A stretch of DNA of 64,000 nucleotides from Gammaproteobacteria bacterium (GCA_965277715.1 OZ255836.1:3040001-3104000); one strand, 5' to 3'. Positions 1-11,079 are shown, counted from the first letter of the stretch. A program made the numbers and translations. The notes: generated from the letters alone by a model not told the origin.

Positions 1-449
1 ATCGACTCGTACGCTTGCATTTTTTTGCTCAGCTCAGCCAGCTTAGTGTTCCATTGATTGATCCGCCACTCTGAGAGTTCGATAGCACTATTAATCGTGG
101 AGAGCCGGTCATCCCGCGTGGCTAATAAGTCCCGCTCAGTGGTGAATGTTTGCAGCAGTATTTTATCGAGGTGATCCCTTTTCTGTTTTTCCAGGTGTTT
201 TTGCTGGGCCACTTTATTGTCGACAGTGGTCTTAGCAGGTTTAGCTGCCTTTTCACGGTATCTAATAACAACACCGTATGAATTGAGTTCAGCATGGCCA
301 GTATTTCTATTCAATGGCGGCTGATCGGTATAATGGGTAACCCCCCCCTCATCCACCCATTTGTAAGCACCTGCATACAGCCAGCCACTATAAAACCATG
401 CCACCAATAACATGACCAGACCACACAGGCGAACACCTTGATCTACCAC
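1..449 (-). CDS. DUF4124 domain exported protein (partial, runs off window start)
   Basis: Manual translation: hydrophobic N-terminus then AYKWVDEGGVTHYTDQPP, a typical DUF4124 motif; GTG start assumed. Confidence 0.75.
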   Translation of the reverse strand, partial: MVDQGVRLCGLVMLLVAWFYSGWLYAGAYKWVDEGGVTHYTDQPPLNRNTGHAELNSYGVVIRYREKAAKPAKTTVDNKVAQQKHLEKQKRDHLDKILLQTFTTERDLLATRDDRLSTINSAIELSEWRINQWNTKLAELSKKMQAYES

Positions 450-758
450 ATCACCCTTACCTTGCACCCACTGCACTAAACACATCTAAATTAGAAACCG
501 TATATTAATCAATCGTTATTCCAAAAAAAACCTTCTTAAGAACAATTAGTTACAAGACAATACATATCAGGAACAGGTTAGATTTAAAAATTATTTTTTC
601 TAGTTTATTTTTTTAAAGCATATTTCTTTTTAAGACTCACGTATTCCACATTCAAATAATATTTAAAATCAATAAGTTATATTTTAAAATTCAGTGGGCT
701 TTCGCCAATCAGTTGAGCCGACTTCGAACGTTTGGTGCACTGAAGACAAAACCTGTAG

Positions 759-1406
759 TCACCTGTGTACACCATAAATTTGATAATAACGTTCAAGTGA
801 TGACAATTGCCCGGCAAATCCATCATCAACCCGCACAAACTCAACCAAGTCATTCAGAGACACAATATTGACCACCTGCGCCTGGTAGCACTGTTCCACT
901 TCCTGAATAGCAGAAAGCTCACCGCTACCGCGTTCCTGTCGGTCAAACGCAATCGCCACTGCGGCAAACCGGGCACCGGCTGCCTCAATAATGGATACCG
1001 CTTCACGAATGGCTGTACCGGCTGTAATTACATCATCAACGACCAATACCTTACCACACAATGGCGCCCCAACCAGACTGCCACCCTCGCCATGATCCTT
1101 TGCCTCCTTACGGTTAAAGCACCACGGCAAATCGATATTGTGCTGGGTTACCAGTGCAATAGCGGTTGCCACCACCAGGGGAATGCCCTTGTACGCCGGG
1201 CCAAATAACATATCGAACTGCACGCCGGAATCGACAATCGACTGCGCATAAAATCGCCCCAACGCAGTCAGTGCCGCACCACTATTGAATAAACCTGCAT
1301 TAAAAAAGTACGGGCTTTGACGCCCCGATTTGAGGGTAAAATCCCCAAACCGCAACACGTCTTCACGAATGGCAAATTGAATAAACTCTCTTTGATAGTC
1401 ACGCAT
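759..1406 (-). CDS. pyrE: orotate phosphoribosyltransferase
   Basis: [47 protein letters not shown] loop. Confidence 0.97.
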   Translation of the reverse strand: MRDYQREFIQFAIREDVLRFGDFTLKSGRQSPYFFNAGLFNSGAALTALGRFYAQSIVDSGVQFDMLFGPAYKGIPLVVATAIALVTQHNIDLPWCFNRKEAKDHGEGGSLVGAPLCGKVLVVDDVITAGTAIREAVSIIEAAGARFAAVAIAFDRQERGSGELSAIQEVEQCYQAQVVNIVSLNDLVEFVRVDDGFAGQLSSLERYYQIYGVHR

Positions 1407-1535
1407 GGGTATTGTCGCTTATAGTAGGCCGTTTTCTCAGGCCATATGTGGTTGCCTATTGGGAATAATACACAATTCCCGGTATGGCCAGCCAGAGGCC
1501 GCGCTCAATCTACCATCAACCGGGGGAATAACGCT

Positions 1536-2315
1536 GTGCTACGTGTGATAACACTGAACGCCAATGGCATCCGCTCTGCTGCCCGCAAAGGCTTTTTCGA
1601 TTGGTTACCACAACAAAAAGCGGATGTTGTCTGCATTCAGGAAACCAAAGCTCAAATCGACCAGCTCGAAGACACCGTTTTTCACCCCAGTGGTTACCAC
1701 TGCGCCTATCTCGACGCTGAAAAAAAAGGCTATAGCGGTGTCGCTGTGTACAGCAAACACCCACCAGTGGAGATGATGCGCGGACTTGGTGACCCGTTAA
1801 TCGATGCCGAAGGGCGCTGCCTCGAAGCGCGATTTACCAATCTCTCGGTGATCTCACTCTATCTGCCATCCGGCTCCTCCGGTGAAATACGACAAGCGTT
1901 TAAATACCGCATGATGGACTTGTTTTTACCCTATTTAAAATCGCTGAAACGCAAACGCCGGGAATTCATCATCTGCGGTGACTGGAACATTGCCCACACC
2001 AACGCCGATATCCGCAACTGGAAAGGCAACCGGAAAAACTCAGGGTTCCTCCCCGAAGAGCGCGCCTGGCTATCCGAACTATTCGATGAGGTCGGTTATG
2101 TCGATGCATTTCGTCAACTGCCACAGCAAGAGCACGAATACACCTGGTGGTCAAATCGCGGGCAAGCCTGGGCAAACAATGTTGGCTGGCGCATCGACTA
2201 CCAAATCACCACACCGGGCCTGGCAGGTAAAGTAAAACACACCGCGATTTATCGCCATCAACGGTTCTCTGATCACGCGCCGTTAATCGTCGATTACGAT
2301 TTTGCGCATGCCTGA
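1536..2315 (+). CDS. xth: exodeoxyribonuclease III family AP endonuclease (Crc-like position next to pyrE)
   Basis: NANGIRSA, IQETK, GDWNIAH, YTWWSNRG, GWRIDY, SDHAP motifs; GTG at 1536 is the likely start. Confidence 0.88.
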   Translation: MLRVITLNANGIRSAARKGFFDWLPQQKADVVCIQETKAQIDQLEDTVFHPSGYHCAYLDAEKKGYSGVAVYSKHPPVEMMRGLGDPLIDAEGRCLEARFTNLSVISLYLPSGSSGEIRQAFKYRMMDLFLPYLKSLKRKRREFIICGDWNIAHTNADIRNWKGNRKNSGFLPEERAWLSELFDEVGYVDAFRQLPQQEHEYTWWSNRGQAWANNVGWRIDYQITTPGLAGKVKHTAIYRHQRFSDHAPLIVDYDFAHA

Positions 2316-3669
2316 ACACAGTAGCCATACATGGAGCGAGGCATTACTGAGCTACCTGCGCCGCGACGTACTTACTCTATTTTTTCTTGGGTTTTCTGCC
2401 GGATTACCTTACCTGTTAGTGTTTTCAACGCTGTCTGCCTGGCTGCGGGATATCGGTATAGCACATGCAACCATCGGCTTTTTTAGCTGGGTGGGCATCA
2501 CTTTCTCAGTCAAGGTGCTATGGGCGCCGATTGTCGACCGCATACCTCTGCCACTGTTGCATCCCCTTGGGCGCCGCCGTAGCTGGATGCTCCTGGCACA
2601 GTTGTGCATTGCCGTGGCACTGGCGGGCATGGCCGTCACCGATCCGGTGGTATCCATTACACAATTAGCTGTACTGGCCGTATTAGTGGCCTTTGCCTCA
2701 GCGACCCAGGATATAGCCATCGATGCATTTCGCATCGAATCCTCCAGCGCCGAATACCAGGGCGCAATGGCGGCAATGTATATCTTTGGTTATCGCACCG
2801 CGCTGCTGGTGGCGGGGGCAGGTGCACTGTATATCGCCGACTTTCACGACTGGCAGGCCGCCTACTTTGCTATGGCCGCCATGATGGCCGTGGGCATTAC
2901 CACCGTCCTATTGATTCGTGAGCCACCGCGTACAGAAATGGCTGATCCGGCAATAGAAATACGCGTTACGGCGTTCCTCTCGCGCAGCGAGCACCTACCC
3001 CATTGGTGCCGAATAGTGTGCACCTGGATAATCAGCTCGCTGGTGTGTCCTTTTGTCGATTTCTTCAGCCGCAACAGCAAAACCGCGCTGACGATCCTGC
3101 TCCTGATTGGCCTGTATAAACTCAGTGACATCACTATGGGCGTCATGGCCAATCCGTTTTACCTCGATGTGGGGTTCAGCAAATCCGAGATTGGCAGTGT
3201 TGCCAAAGTATTTGGGTTTTTTATGTTGATGGGCGGCACCGCACTCGGCGGGGTCATGGTGGTACGCTATGGGCTGCTACGCCCACTCCTGCTGGGTGCC
3301 ATCCTGGTTGCCACCACCAATTTACTGTTTGCCGTAATGGCGATAAGCACACCAACACTTACCCTGTTGGCCATGGTAATCAGCGCTGACAACATCAGCG
3401 GCGGACTGGCCACGGCGGTGTTTATCGCTTACCTGTCCAGCCTGACCAACACGCAATACACCGCCACTCAGTACGCCTTGTTCAGTTCAGTGATGACCTT
3501 GCCCGCGAAATTTCTTGGTGGGTTTTCCGGTGTGGTTGTGGAAGGTGTTGGCTATGCGTGGTTTTTTATCTACGCATCCGTGATTGGTTTACCCGCGATA
3601 ATACTGGTTTGGGTGTTATTGCGGCGAGAGTCATCACAGGCCCCTGGACAACACCCGGGATCACCTTGA
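2308..3669 (+). CDS. ampG: AmpG family muropeptide MFS permease
   Basis: LGFSAGLP, KVLWAPIVD, SATQDIAIDAFRIE, TATQYALFSS. Confidence 0.93.
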   Translation: MPEHSSHTWSEALLSYLRRDVLTLFFLGFSAGLPYLLVFSTLSAWLRDIGIAHATIGFFSWVGITFSVKVLWAPIVDRIPLPLLHPLGRRRSWMLLAQLCIAVALAGMAVTDPVVSITQLAVLAVLVAFASATQDIAIDAFRIESSSAEYQGAMAAMYIFGYRTALLVAGAGALYIADFHDWQAAYFAMAAMMAVGITTVLLIREPPRTEMADPAIEIRVTAFLSRSEHLPHWCRIVCTWIISSLVCPFVDFFSRNSKTALTILLLIGLYKLSDITMGVMANPFYLDVGFSKSEIGSVAKVFGFFMLMGGTALGGVMVVRYGLLRPLLLGAILVATTNLLFAVMAISTPTLTLLAMVISADNISGGLATAVFIAYLSSLTNTQYTATQYALFSSVMTLPAKFLGGFSGVVVEGVGYAWFFIYASVIGLPAIILVWVLLRRESSQAPGQHPGSP

Positions 3670-3695
3670 TTGATAGATGGATCAATCCAGCGTTG

Positions 3696-4847
3696 CTAGC
3701 CTCGCTGCGCCAGCGGCACGACCACACGTGGCGCCGGGCCAACATAAATCTGCGTTGGCCGGAAAATACGGTTCTCACGAATCTGCTGCCGCCAATGGGC
3801 CATCCAGCCCGCACTGCGTGACACCGCAAAGATTGGCGTAAACTGATCCAGCGGAACACCCATTTCTGTGTATAAAATACCCGAGTAAAAGTCCACATTG
3901 GGGTAAACACCTTTATCACCAAGACGCTGATTGCAATACGCTTCCAGCTTTTGTGCGGTGGCAAACATCGGCGTCACATCACCACCACGCGATTCAAGTA
4001 CCTGTGGAATAAACTTTTCCAAAATAGTGGCACGTGGATCTTTCACCGAATATTCACGATGCCCCATTCCCCAGATAACCTGCTTTTTCTCAAGGCGCGA
4101 TTCAACATACGCCTCAACGTTATCGGGTGAACCAATTTCATTCAGCATTTCCACTACACGCTGATTAGCCGCACCGTGCAGCGGCCCTGCCAGGGTTCCA
4201 ATAGCGGCGGCGGCAACCATTGAAGGTTGCGCCAACGTCGACCCGGTAACCATAGCCGAAAAGGTCGAGGCATTAATTGTGTGCTCGGCGTGTAACACCA
4301 GACAGGCATCCATAATTGCAGCAAACAATGAGTCTGGCTGCTTACCCGTCATCATCCATAAAAAATTAGCGGCATAACCAAGATCATCGCGTGGTTCAAT
4401 AGGGTCGTAACCTTTTCGCATATTTTCCCACATCGCCACCAACGTACCCATACGGGCAACAATTTTTAGCGCCATTTGGTCAAGATGGTTTTCATCCAGC
4501 ACATCACCCCCCACAATCTCCCGGCTTTCAGGGTAAAACATACCCAGGCTGGCTACTGCCGTTTGCAGCATTTCCATTGGGTGGCCGGTGACAGGCATAT
4601 TTTTCATAATCTCGCGCACGTTGTACTTAACGCGACGACTGTTGCGGTTGTCAAACGCCGCTAATTCAGCACTGGTGGGTAATTCACCGTGCAACAGCAG
4701 GTAAGTTGCCTCTTCAAATGTGCAGTTTTCCGCGAGATTTTCAATTCGGTAGCCACGGTAAGATAAAATACCGTTTTCGCCATCCAGATTGGACACCGCC
4801 GATTTTGTTGCGGGGATGCCAGCAAGACCAGGGACGTATTCACTCAT
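3696..4847 (-). CDS. gltA: citrate synthase (short type, resembling cyanobacterial CS)
   Basis: LHAEHTINAST, GPLHGAAN, GMGHREY, YPNVDFYSG, RIFRPTQIY. Confidence 0.92.
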   Translation of the reverse strand: MSEYVPGLAGIPATKSAVSNLDGENGILSYRGYRIENLAENCTFEEATYLLLHGELPTSAELAAFDNRNSRRVKYNVREIMKNMPVTGHPMEMLQTAVASLGMFYPESREIVGGDVLDENHLDQMALKIVARMGTLVAMWENMRKGYDPIEPRDDLGYAANFLWMMTGKQPDSLFAAIMDACLVLHAEHTINASTFSAMVTGSTLAQPSMVAAAAIGTLAGPLHGAANQRVVEMLNEIGSPDNVEAYVESRLEKKQVIWGMGHREYSVKDPRATILEKFIPQVLESRGGDVTPMFATAQKLEAYCNQRLGDKGVYPNVDFYSGILYTEMGVPLDQFTPIFAVSRSAGWMAHWRQQIRENRIFRPTQIYVGPAPRVVVPLAQRG

Positions 4848-4935
4848 CGTTGTACCGTCTATCGTAAATGGGGACGCTACCCTACTCGACGGGCGGCCAA
4901 TATGCAATTCTACTAAGATATAAGTAGGTGCTCAT

Positions 4936-4962
4936 AAAAAAGGCGCTGTATAAGCGCCTTTT
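4936..4962 (-). terminator. intrinsic terminator downstream of erpA (symmetric, possibly bidirectional)
   Basis: AAAAAAGGCGCT-gtata-AGCGCCTTTT hairpin with A/T tails. Confidence 0.75.
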
Positions 4963-4987
4963 GGTGGGTACTAAAGGAATCAAAACC

Positions 4988-5347
4988 CTAGACGGAAAAT
5001 GACGATCCACAGCCACAGGTAGTCACCGCATTTGGGTTGCGAATAACAAACTGCGACCCCTCCAACCCTTCGGTGTAATCGATTTCCGCACCTGTCAGAT
5101 ATTGAAAACTCATTGGGTCAATCAGTAGTTTTACACCACAGTTTCCCACTTCAGTATCGCCTTCATTAATGGTCTCATCAAAGGTAAAGCCGTATTGAAA
5201 CCCTGAGCAGCCTCCACCTGAAATAAATACCCGCAACATCAAATCCGGGTTACCTTCCTCATCAATCAGGGATTTGACTTTGGTCGCTGCGGCTTCGGTA
5301 AACACCAGCGGGTCAGGCATTTCAAAATCATCTGTATCTATAATCAT
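4988..5347 (-). CDS. erpA: iron-sulfur cluster insertion protein
   Basis: [11 protein letters not shown] and TTCGCGSSF. Confidence 0.96.
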   Translation of the reverse strand: MIIDTDDFEMPDPLVFTEAAATKVKSLIDEEGNPDLMLRVFISGGGCSGFQYGFTFDETINEGDTEVGNCGVKLLIDPMSFQYLTGAEIDYTEGLEGSQFVIRNPNAVTTCGCGSSFSV

Positions 5348-5476
5348 TGTTAAAACCCTCTATTTCGCCACCGGTAGGCAATGTGCCAGACAGTGGCTTC
5401 AAGCTGCCCTTCAAAATAAGGTCAACTCAGTAACATACAACCCCTACTCACTACTCTGGGGCTCGTTTCCCCGGGA

Positions 5477-5983
5477 TTAACTCCCCTGAGGGCTGGGTTC
5501 ACTCGGAAACAGTGTCTCACCCGTTATACTGTCAATGGTCGATGCTTTACCCGCTTTGCCCGATGCCTTGGCAGAAGAAGTCTTTTTCTGTACCGATTTA
5601 TCTTCCAGCAAACGCTTTTCGCCCGGTTTGCAATGCACCAGGTTACCATTAATTTCAGCACCCATCGCCATTTCCAGCATATTGTAATAAACATTGCCGG
5701 TAACGCGTGCATGCTTGTGCAGCTCCACCCGATCAGAGGCGTAGACATCACCAATCACCTGACCGTTCAGCAACAGACGCGGCACGCGCACCTCACCTTC
5801 AATACACCCGCGCTCACTGACAATGGCTATCGACGGCGAATCGTCATCCGCCATCACATTGCCTTTAATCACGCCGTGCAAGTGCAAACCACCTTTGAAA
5901 TACACATTACCGGTAAACTCAGTGTTTTCACCAATAAATGTATCAACCTTGGCCGATTTTGTTTTTTTATTGCTACCTATCAT
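5477..5983 (-). CDS. bactofilin (polymer-forming cytoskeletal protein)
   Basis: Beta-helical G-x-(I/V)-x-G repeats; conserved argC-DUF6776-bactofilin-erpA context. Confidence 0.9.
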   Translation of the reverse strand: MIGSNKKTKSAKVDTFIGENTEFTGNVYFKGGLHLHGVIKGNVMADDDSPSIAIVSERGCIEGEVRVPRLLLNGQVIGDVYASDRVELHKHARVTGNVYYNMLEMAMGAEINGNLVHCKPGEKRLLEDKSVQKKTSSAKASGKAGKASTIDSITGETLFPSEPSPQGS

Positions 5984-6741
5984 AATGATTCATGGTTCCT
6001 GGTCAAAGCAGTTTCCCACTTAAATGTTTTCTTTACAGGTTTTAGATGCTCACCTTTCGGCTTGGCAGTAATGGTTATCGATTTTGGCACGAAGCGTGCC
6101 GGAAAACGTATACCACCTGCAAAGCTTTGAAAATATTTAAATTTAAAATGTAACTTATCGGTCTTTGCATCGTCAACATCAGACAACGCATAAACTACCA
6201 CTTGATCATCCAATAAGCCACTAAAGTGCAACGATGACACCCCCACGGCATCACGCTGGTTTTTACGCACCTGTGTCAACACCAGTTTGTAATTGAATAC
6301 CCCAGATTCAACACCCGCCTCTACAGTGAGGCGCTGTATATGCAAGCCCGGGGCCATTTCAGAAGGTGACACCAGACTTCGGTAAAACGCCAGCTCCTCG
6401 CGCAGCTCCAGCGACTGTTGCTGTGAGGCATTTAACGCCACTTTCACCTCATCGTGTGCGCTACGATCAATACGGCTGAAACGATCCAGCATGGCGTTTT
6501 GATCGACCAGCTGATTATTGCGCTCACGCAGGCTGTCAATTTCCTGCTTGAGTTGATCAATATCCTGTTTAAGCTGATCTATTTTCTGCTGCACAATGGT
6601 TTCATCGAAACCACCACGATAACGGCCCACTTCGTACAAACTGTAGCCACCTGTTGCCATCACCGCCAACAGGATCAATGCAATGGCTACCCGCCGCCAT
6701 GGACGATGGTATTGAAGTACAAACTGTGGTGAATTGGCGAT
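5980..6741 (-). CDS. DUF6776-like membrane-anchored coiled-coil protein; start uncertain (ATC 6741 or TTG 6678)
   Basis: TM segment, coiled coil, EELAFYRSLVSP, FKFKYFQ; position upstream of bactofilin. Confidence 0.75.
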   Translation of the reverse strand: MANSPQFVLQYHRPWRRVAIALILLAVMATGGYSLYEVGRYRGGFDETIVQQKIDQLKQDIDQLKQEIDSLRERNNQLVDQNAMLDRFSRIDRSAHDEVKVALNASQQQSLELREELAFYRSLVSPSEMAPGLHIQRLTVEAGVESGVFNYKLVLTQVRKNQRDAVGVSSLHFSGLLDDQVVVYALSDVDDAKTDKLHFKFKYFQSFAGGIRFPARFVPKSITITAKPKGEHLKPVKKTFKWETALTRNHESL

Positions 6742-6780
6742 TGTGTATCATCCCCGTAAGTAATGTAATTTATTCATAAT

Positions 6781-7815
6781 TCACGGCACCAGTGGCGCCA
6801 TCGACAAACCCGTGCACTCATCAAACCCGAACATGATATTCATGTTTTGTACCGCCTGACCGGCTGCACCTTTAACCAGATTATCTTCTACGACCAGTAT
6901 TACCACACGCCTGCCATTGCCTGGCCGGTGTAGCGCAATCCGGCACACATTGGCGCCGCGCACCGAGCGCGTTTCCGGGTGCGAGCCAGGCGGCATAACA
7001 TCGACAAACGGCTCATCGGCAAAACGTGCCTCAAACAGCGCCTGCACATCGATGTCCTGTGTCAGTTCGGCGTACAGGGTAGCGTGAATACCGCGAATCA
7101 TCGGCACCAGATGTGGCACAAATGTCAAATCGACCGGAACATTGGCAAACTGCTGCAAACCTTGGGTAATTTCCGGTTGGTGACGATGCCCGGAAGCTGC
7201 GTAGGCTTTCAGGCTATCCGCCGTTTCACACAGCAATGTCGCCACACTGGCGCCCCGCCCCGCACCACTGACACCCGATTTGGCATCGGCGATCAGGCGT
7301 GAGCAATCGACAGCGTCGCTTTCCAGTAGCGGTAAAAAACCCAGTTGTACCGCCGTGGGATAACAACCTGGATTGGCGATAATACGCGCACCGCGTATCG
7401 CTTCGCGGTTGACTTCCGGTAGACCATACACCGACTCGGGCAGCAGCTCTGGCGAGGCGTGCTGCATACCGTACCACTGGCGCCACACGACAGCATCCTG
7501 AAGGCGGTAATCAGCCGAAAAGTCGACAATGCGCACACCCGCATCCAATAATGTCGGCGCCGCTTTCATCGCGACGCCATTGGGCGTGGCAAAAAACACC
7601 AGATCACAGTGGGTTAGCGGGGTATCGTCTGGCGATGAAAATACCAGGTCGGTTTGTCCACGCAGGCTCGGAAACAGCTCATCCACCCGCTGCCCGGCAT
7701 TGCCCCGCGAGGTAATAGCACTGACCTGCGCCTGAGGGTGGCCCGCCAAAATGCGCATTAACTCGACACCGCTGTAGCCTGTCCCCCCAACAATACCTAC
7801 TGTAATTTTATCCAT
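6781..7815 (-). CDS. argC: N-acetyl-gamma-glutamyl-phosphate reductase
   Basis: [41 protein letters not shown]. Confidence 0.97.
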   Translation of the reverse strand: MDKITVGIVGGTGYSGVELMRILAGHPQAQVSAITSRGNAGQRVDELFPSLRGQTDLVFSSPDDTPLTHCDLVFFATPNGVAMKAAPTLLDAGVRIVDFSADYRLQDAVVWRQWYGMQHASPELLPESVYGLPEVNREAIRGARIIANPGCYPTAVQLGFLPLLESDAVDCSRLIADAKSGVSGAGRGASVATLLCETADSLKAYAASGHRHQPEITQGLQQFANVPVDLTFVPHLVPMIRGIHATLYAELTQDIDVQALFEARFADEPFVDVMPPGSHPETRSVRGANVCRIALHRPGNGRRVVILVVEDNLVKGAAGQAVQNMNIMFGFDECTGLSMAPLVP

Positions 7816-7824
7816 AGAGCGCGC

Positions 7825-8079
7825 TTAATGACCCAACAACGGGTCTAACTCACCGAGACTATCCAACGCCGCAAGGTCGTCGTAACCACCGATATGGCGC
7901 TCATCGATAAAGATTTGCGGCACACTGTCGCGCTGGCTGCGCGCAATCATTTCGTCATACACCGCCTGGCTATCGACAACAATCGATTCAAACGCCGCCG
8001 ATTTACGCATCAGCAATTGTTTCGCCATTTTGCAGTAAGGGCAGGCTGGGGATTCGTAGATAACAATCGATGCAGACAT
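7825..8079 (-). CDS. grxC: glutaredoxin 3
   Basis: CPYC, SVPQIFI, IGGYDDL. Confidence 0.92.
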   Translation of the reverse strand: MSASIVIYESPACPYCKMAKQLLMRKSAAFESIVVDSQAVYDEMIARSQRDSVPQIFIDERHIGGYDDLAALDSLGELDPLLGH

Positions 8080-8099
8080 AATGCGTATTTACTCGCCCG

Positions 8100-8525
8100 T
8101 TATTTACTGACAAGTGGCAAATTGGCTTTTTCCCACGCGGCAATACCACCGTTTAGCGTATAGAGATCCGTAAACCCGGCTTTACGCAGCACACTACACG
8201 CCTTACCGGCACGCATACCGTTCTCACAATAGACGATAATGGGCTTCTGTTTGTATTTGGACAGTTCGCTGGATTTATCCGCCAGTCCTTTAATGGGAAT
8301 ATTTTTGGCATCAATCAAGTGGCCATTTTTAAACTGTTGGTTATCGCGCACATCCAAAAACAGCGCATCACCATCATTTTGCAGGCGCGTCGCCTGACCG
8401 ACCGAGAGTGCACTGCCCGCCGAGGCGGCGCGCTGGTATTCAGTGTAGATAATCATCCCCATCGTCAGACCTAATGCGCCAAACAGAAACGGGTGATTTC
8501 CAAAAAATTCGATATATTGTGCCAT
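8100..8525 (-). CDS. membrane-anchored rhodanese-like protein (YibN-like)
   Basis: N-terminal TM, LDVR, GHL, VYCENGMRA, LNGGIAAW; upstream of grxC. Confidence 0.9.
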   Translation of the reverse strand: MAQYIEFFGNHPFLFGALGLTMGMIIYTEYQRAASAGSALSVGQATRLQNDGDALFLDVRDNQQFKNGHLIDAKNIPIKGLADKSSELSKYKQKPIIVYCENGMRAGKACSVLRKAGFTDLYTLNGGIAAWEKANLPLVSK

Positions 8526-8707
8526 GTGTATGTTCAGACTCGCAGGGGTCAACGGCAAATGAAGAGAAACACATCACCCATACACTTGCCGTCGAGAGCG
8601 GGCTAGTATAGGAGGAATTGGCCATAGTGCAATATTGACAACACACCCGCATTCGATTTATGTATAAATAACAGTATCATTCGCGCCCCAGCCAACTGAT
8701 ACCTCCG

Positions 8708-9640
8708 ATGGAATTAACCCTTATTCTGATTGCTGCCGTAGTAATCGACACCTGCCTGGGCGAGCCAACGCGCTATCACCCGCTGGTAGGGTTTGGCCAT
8801 TTTGCCCATTGGATCGAGCGGGTGCTTTACCCAGCCGATACTGCCCCCCACAGACAACAATTAGTACGTGGTACCGCCGCGCTGGTATGCGCTGTAACCC
8901 CTGTGGCGGCCATTGCGGTCAGTCTGTACTACCTGACCAACGGCATCGTCTACTGGCTGATTTGCACACTGATTGTGTACCTGGCGATTGGCCATGCCAG
9001 CCTGCGTACGCATGCACTGGCGGTGGTTGATGCCCTGGTACAGAGGGACCTTGTTAACTCACGCAAGGCCGTCAGCTATCTGGTCAGCCGCGATACAGAC
9101 ACCCTCGATGCGCAGGCGGTCAGCGCCGCAACCATCGAATCTGTATTGGAAAACGGCAATGATGCGGTGTTTGCCGCACTGTTCTGGTTTATCATCGCCG
9201 GTATTCCCGGTATCGTGATTTACCGGCTGGTCAACACCCTGGACGCCATGTGGGGTTACAAAAATACCCGCTACCACTATTTTGGCCGCGCCACCGCAAA
9301 GCTGGATGATTGGCTCAACTACCTGCCCGCCAGACTCACCGCCACCAGCTACGCGCTGCTCGGCAATACCCGTGCGGCGATCCACTGCTGGCGCACCCAG
9401 GGCACTGCCTGGAAAAGCCCAAACGCCGGGCCGGTGATGGCCGCTGGTGCGGGCGCCCTGCAAGTGCACTTGGGAAGAGCTGCGCACTATCACGGCACAC
9501 TGCAACAGCGGCCACCATTGGGTTGTGGTGAGCTGCCAGGCACCATCGATATTCGCCGCGCATTGACACTGGTATTGCACACGCTATTGCTCTGGCTGGG
9601 GGTAATTGCGGGTATCGCCCTACTGGTTAGCATAAGGTAG
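8708..9640 (+). CDS. cobD: adenosylcobinamide-phosphate synthase CbiB/CobD
   Basis: GEP..HPLVGFG, LVSRDT, ESVLENGND, NTLDAMWGY, SPNAG. Confidence 0.94.
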   Translation: MELTLILIAAVVIDTCLGEPTRYHPLVGFGHFAHWIERVLYPADTAPHRQQLVRGTAALVCAVTPVAAIAVSLYYLTNGIVYWLICTLIVYLAIGHASLRTHALAVVDALVQRDLVNSRKAVSYLVSRDTDTLDAQAVSAATIESVLENGNDAVFAALFWFIIAGIPGIVIYRLVNTLDAMWGYKNTRYHYFGRATAKLDDWLNYLPARLTATSYALLGNTRAAIHCWRTQGTAWKSPNAGPVMAAGAGALQVHLGRAAHYHGTLQQRPPLGCGELPGTIDIRRALTLVLHTLLLWLGVIAGIALLVSIR

Positions 9641-9689
9641 AGAGTGTTTAACTACTTTGTGCTACTGTCTATTTCAATCTTGCATTAGC

Positions 9690-9775
9690 CAGTTGAACCT
9701 ACTACGAATATCTAATGTGCTTTGTATTCAGCACCTTAAATATTCTCACTACGATTCAACTGATTAATTCAGGCT
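9690..9775. mobile_element. degenerate copy of MITE family A
   Basis: CAGTTGAACCTACTACGAATATCTAATG and TTCAGCACCTTAAATATTCTCACTACGATTCAACTG align with the 25713-25835 copy. Confidence 0.6.
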
Positions 9776-9798
9776 AACGTAAACCGGGCAAAACGGGT

Positions 9799-10971
9799 AT
9801 GAGCGAACACACCATCCTCTTTTCCATATTTTTGATCTTCACCGGTGCTGCCGTAATAGCCACCGTGGCCCTGTATGCCCGACAGGCGCTGCTGGTCGCG
9901 TACATCGCGCTCGGCGTGCTACTCGGCCCCTGGGGTTTTGCCCTGATTACCGACGCCAGTCTGATCGCCGATTTTGCCAATATCGGCATTATCTTTTTAC
10001 TGTTCCTGCTCGGCCTAAACCTCGAACCCCGCGACCTAACGCGCCTGTTTCGCGAGGCCACAGTCGTCACCGCGTTGTCATCTGCCCTGTTTGCCCTGAT
10101 CGGCTTCGGCATCGCCCTGGTATTTGATTACAGCCTGACAGACAGCGTACTGATCGGCGCGGCGATGATGTTTTCCAGCACCATCATCGGGTTAAAACTG
10201 CTCCCCACCAGTGCATTGCACCACCAACATATGGGCGAAATCATCGTCAGCATCCTGCTGCTGCAGGACATGGTTGCCGTACTGATTTTACTGTTGTTGC
10301 AGGGTCTGGGCCAAAGCAGTGGCGCACCGTTTAAAGACATCGCCACGCTGCTGATTGCCCTGCCGCTGTTATTTGGCCTGTCTTTCGCCTTTGCAAAGTA
10401 CGTGTTGTTTCGTTTACTACTGACCTTTGATGCCATCAAAGAATACATCTTCCTACTCACCATTGGCTGGTGCCTGGGCATTGCCCAGCTCGCCCACACG
10501 CTGGGCTTATCGTATGAAATTGGCGCCTTTATCGCGGGTGTTTCACTCGCCACCAACCCCATCTGTCGCTATATCGCCGAAAGCCTCAAGCCCCTGCGGG
10601 ACTTCTTCCTGATTATGTTTTTCTTTGCGCTGGGGGCCGGATTTAATCTTGGTGGCCTCGGCGAGGTACTTCTCCCGGCCGTATTACTGGCGGCGTCGGC
10701 TATCGCCTGCAAACCACTTATCTTCAAAACCTTGCTTAAACTGGAAAAGGAAAAAGAGCGGCTGGCTGGTGAGATTGGTGTGCGGCTGGGCCAGATCAGT
10801 GAATTCTCACTATTGATTGCCGTGGTGGCGGTGGAATCGGCGGTCATGTCCGCCTCAGCTTCATCGTTAATTCAGGCGGCGGCGATTCTTTCCTTTATTG
10901 TCTCGTCATACTGGATTGTGTTGCGCTACCCAACGCCGATTGCAGTAGATGAAAAATTGCGTAGAGATTAA
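9799..10971 (+). CDS. CPA2 cation:proton antiporter (Kef-like, no KTN domain)
   Basis: Many TM segments; FSSTII, LLLQD, GAFIAGV, LGQISEFS. Confidence 0.9.
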   Translation: MSEHTILFSIFLIFTGAAVIATVALYARQALLVAYIALGVLLGPWGFALITDASLIADFANIGIIFLLFLLGLNLEPRDLTRLFREATVVTALSSALFALIGFGIALVFDYSLTDSVLIGAAMMFSSTIIGLKLLPTSALHHQHMGEIIVSILLLQDMVAVLILLLLQGLGQSSGAPFKDIATLLIALPLLFGLSFAFAKYVLFRLLLTFDAIKEYIFLLTIGWCLGIAQLAHTLGLSYEIGAFIAGVSLATNPICRYIAESLKPLRDFFLIMFFFALGAGFNLGGLGEVLLPAVLLAASAIACKPLIFKTLLKLEKEKERLAGEIGVRLGQISEFSLLIAVVAVESAVMSASASSLIQAAAILSFIVSSYWIVLRYPTPIAVDEKLRRD

Positions 10972-11079
10972 TCGATACTTAGTAGCGTGCCTGAATACAA
11001 CAAAAATCTACTGTTTGTAGCTGCTTTGCACGCATTCCCTCACTACGGGCACCTAAACCCAACAGGCTCCTGGGAACGA

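Noticed and set aside
1536-2315. Crc catabolite repression protein
   Set aside because: The pyrE context fits, but the exonuclease III catalytic motifs (GDWN, SDH) are intact, so it is kept as xth-family
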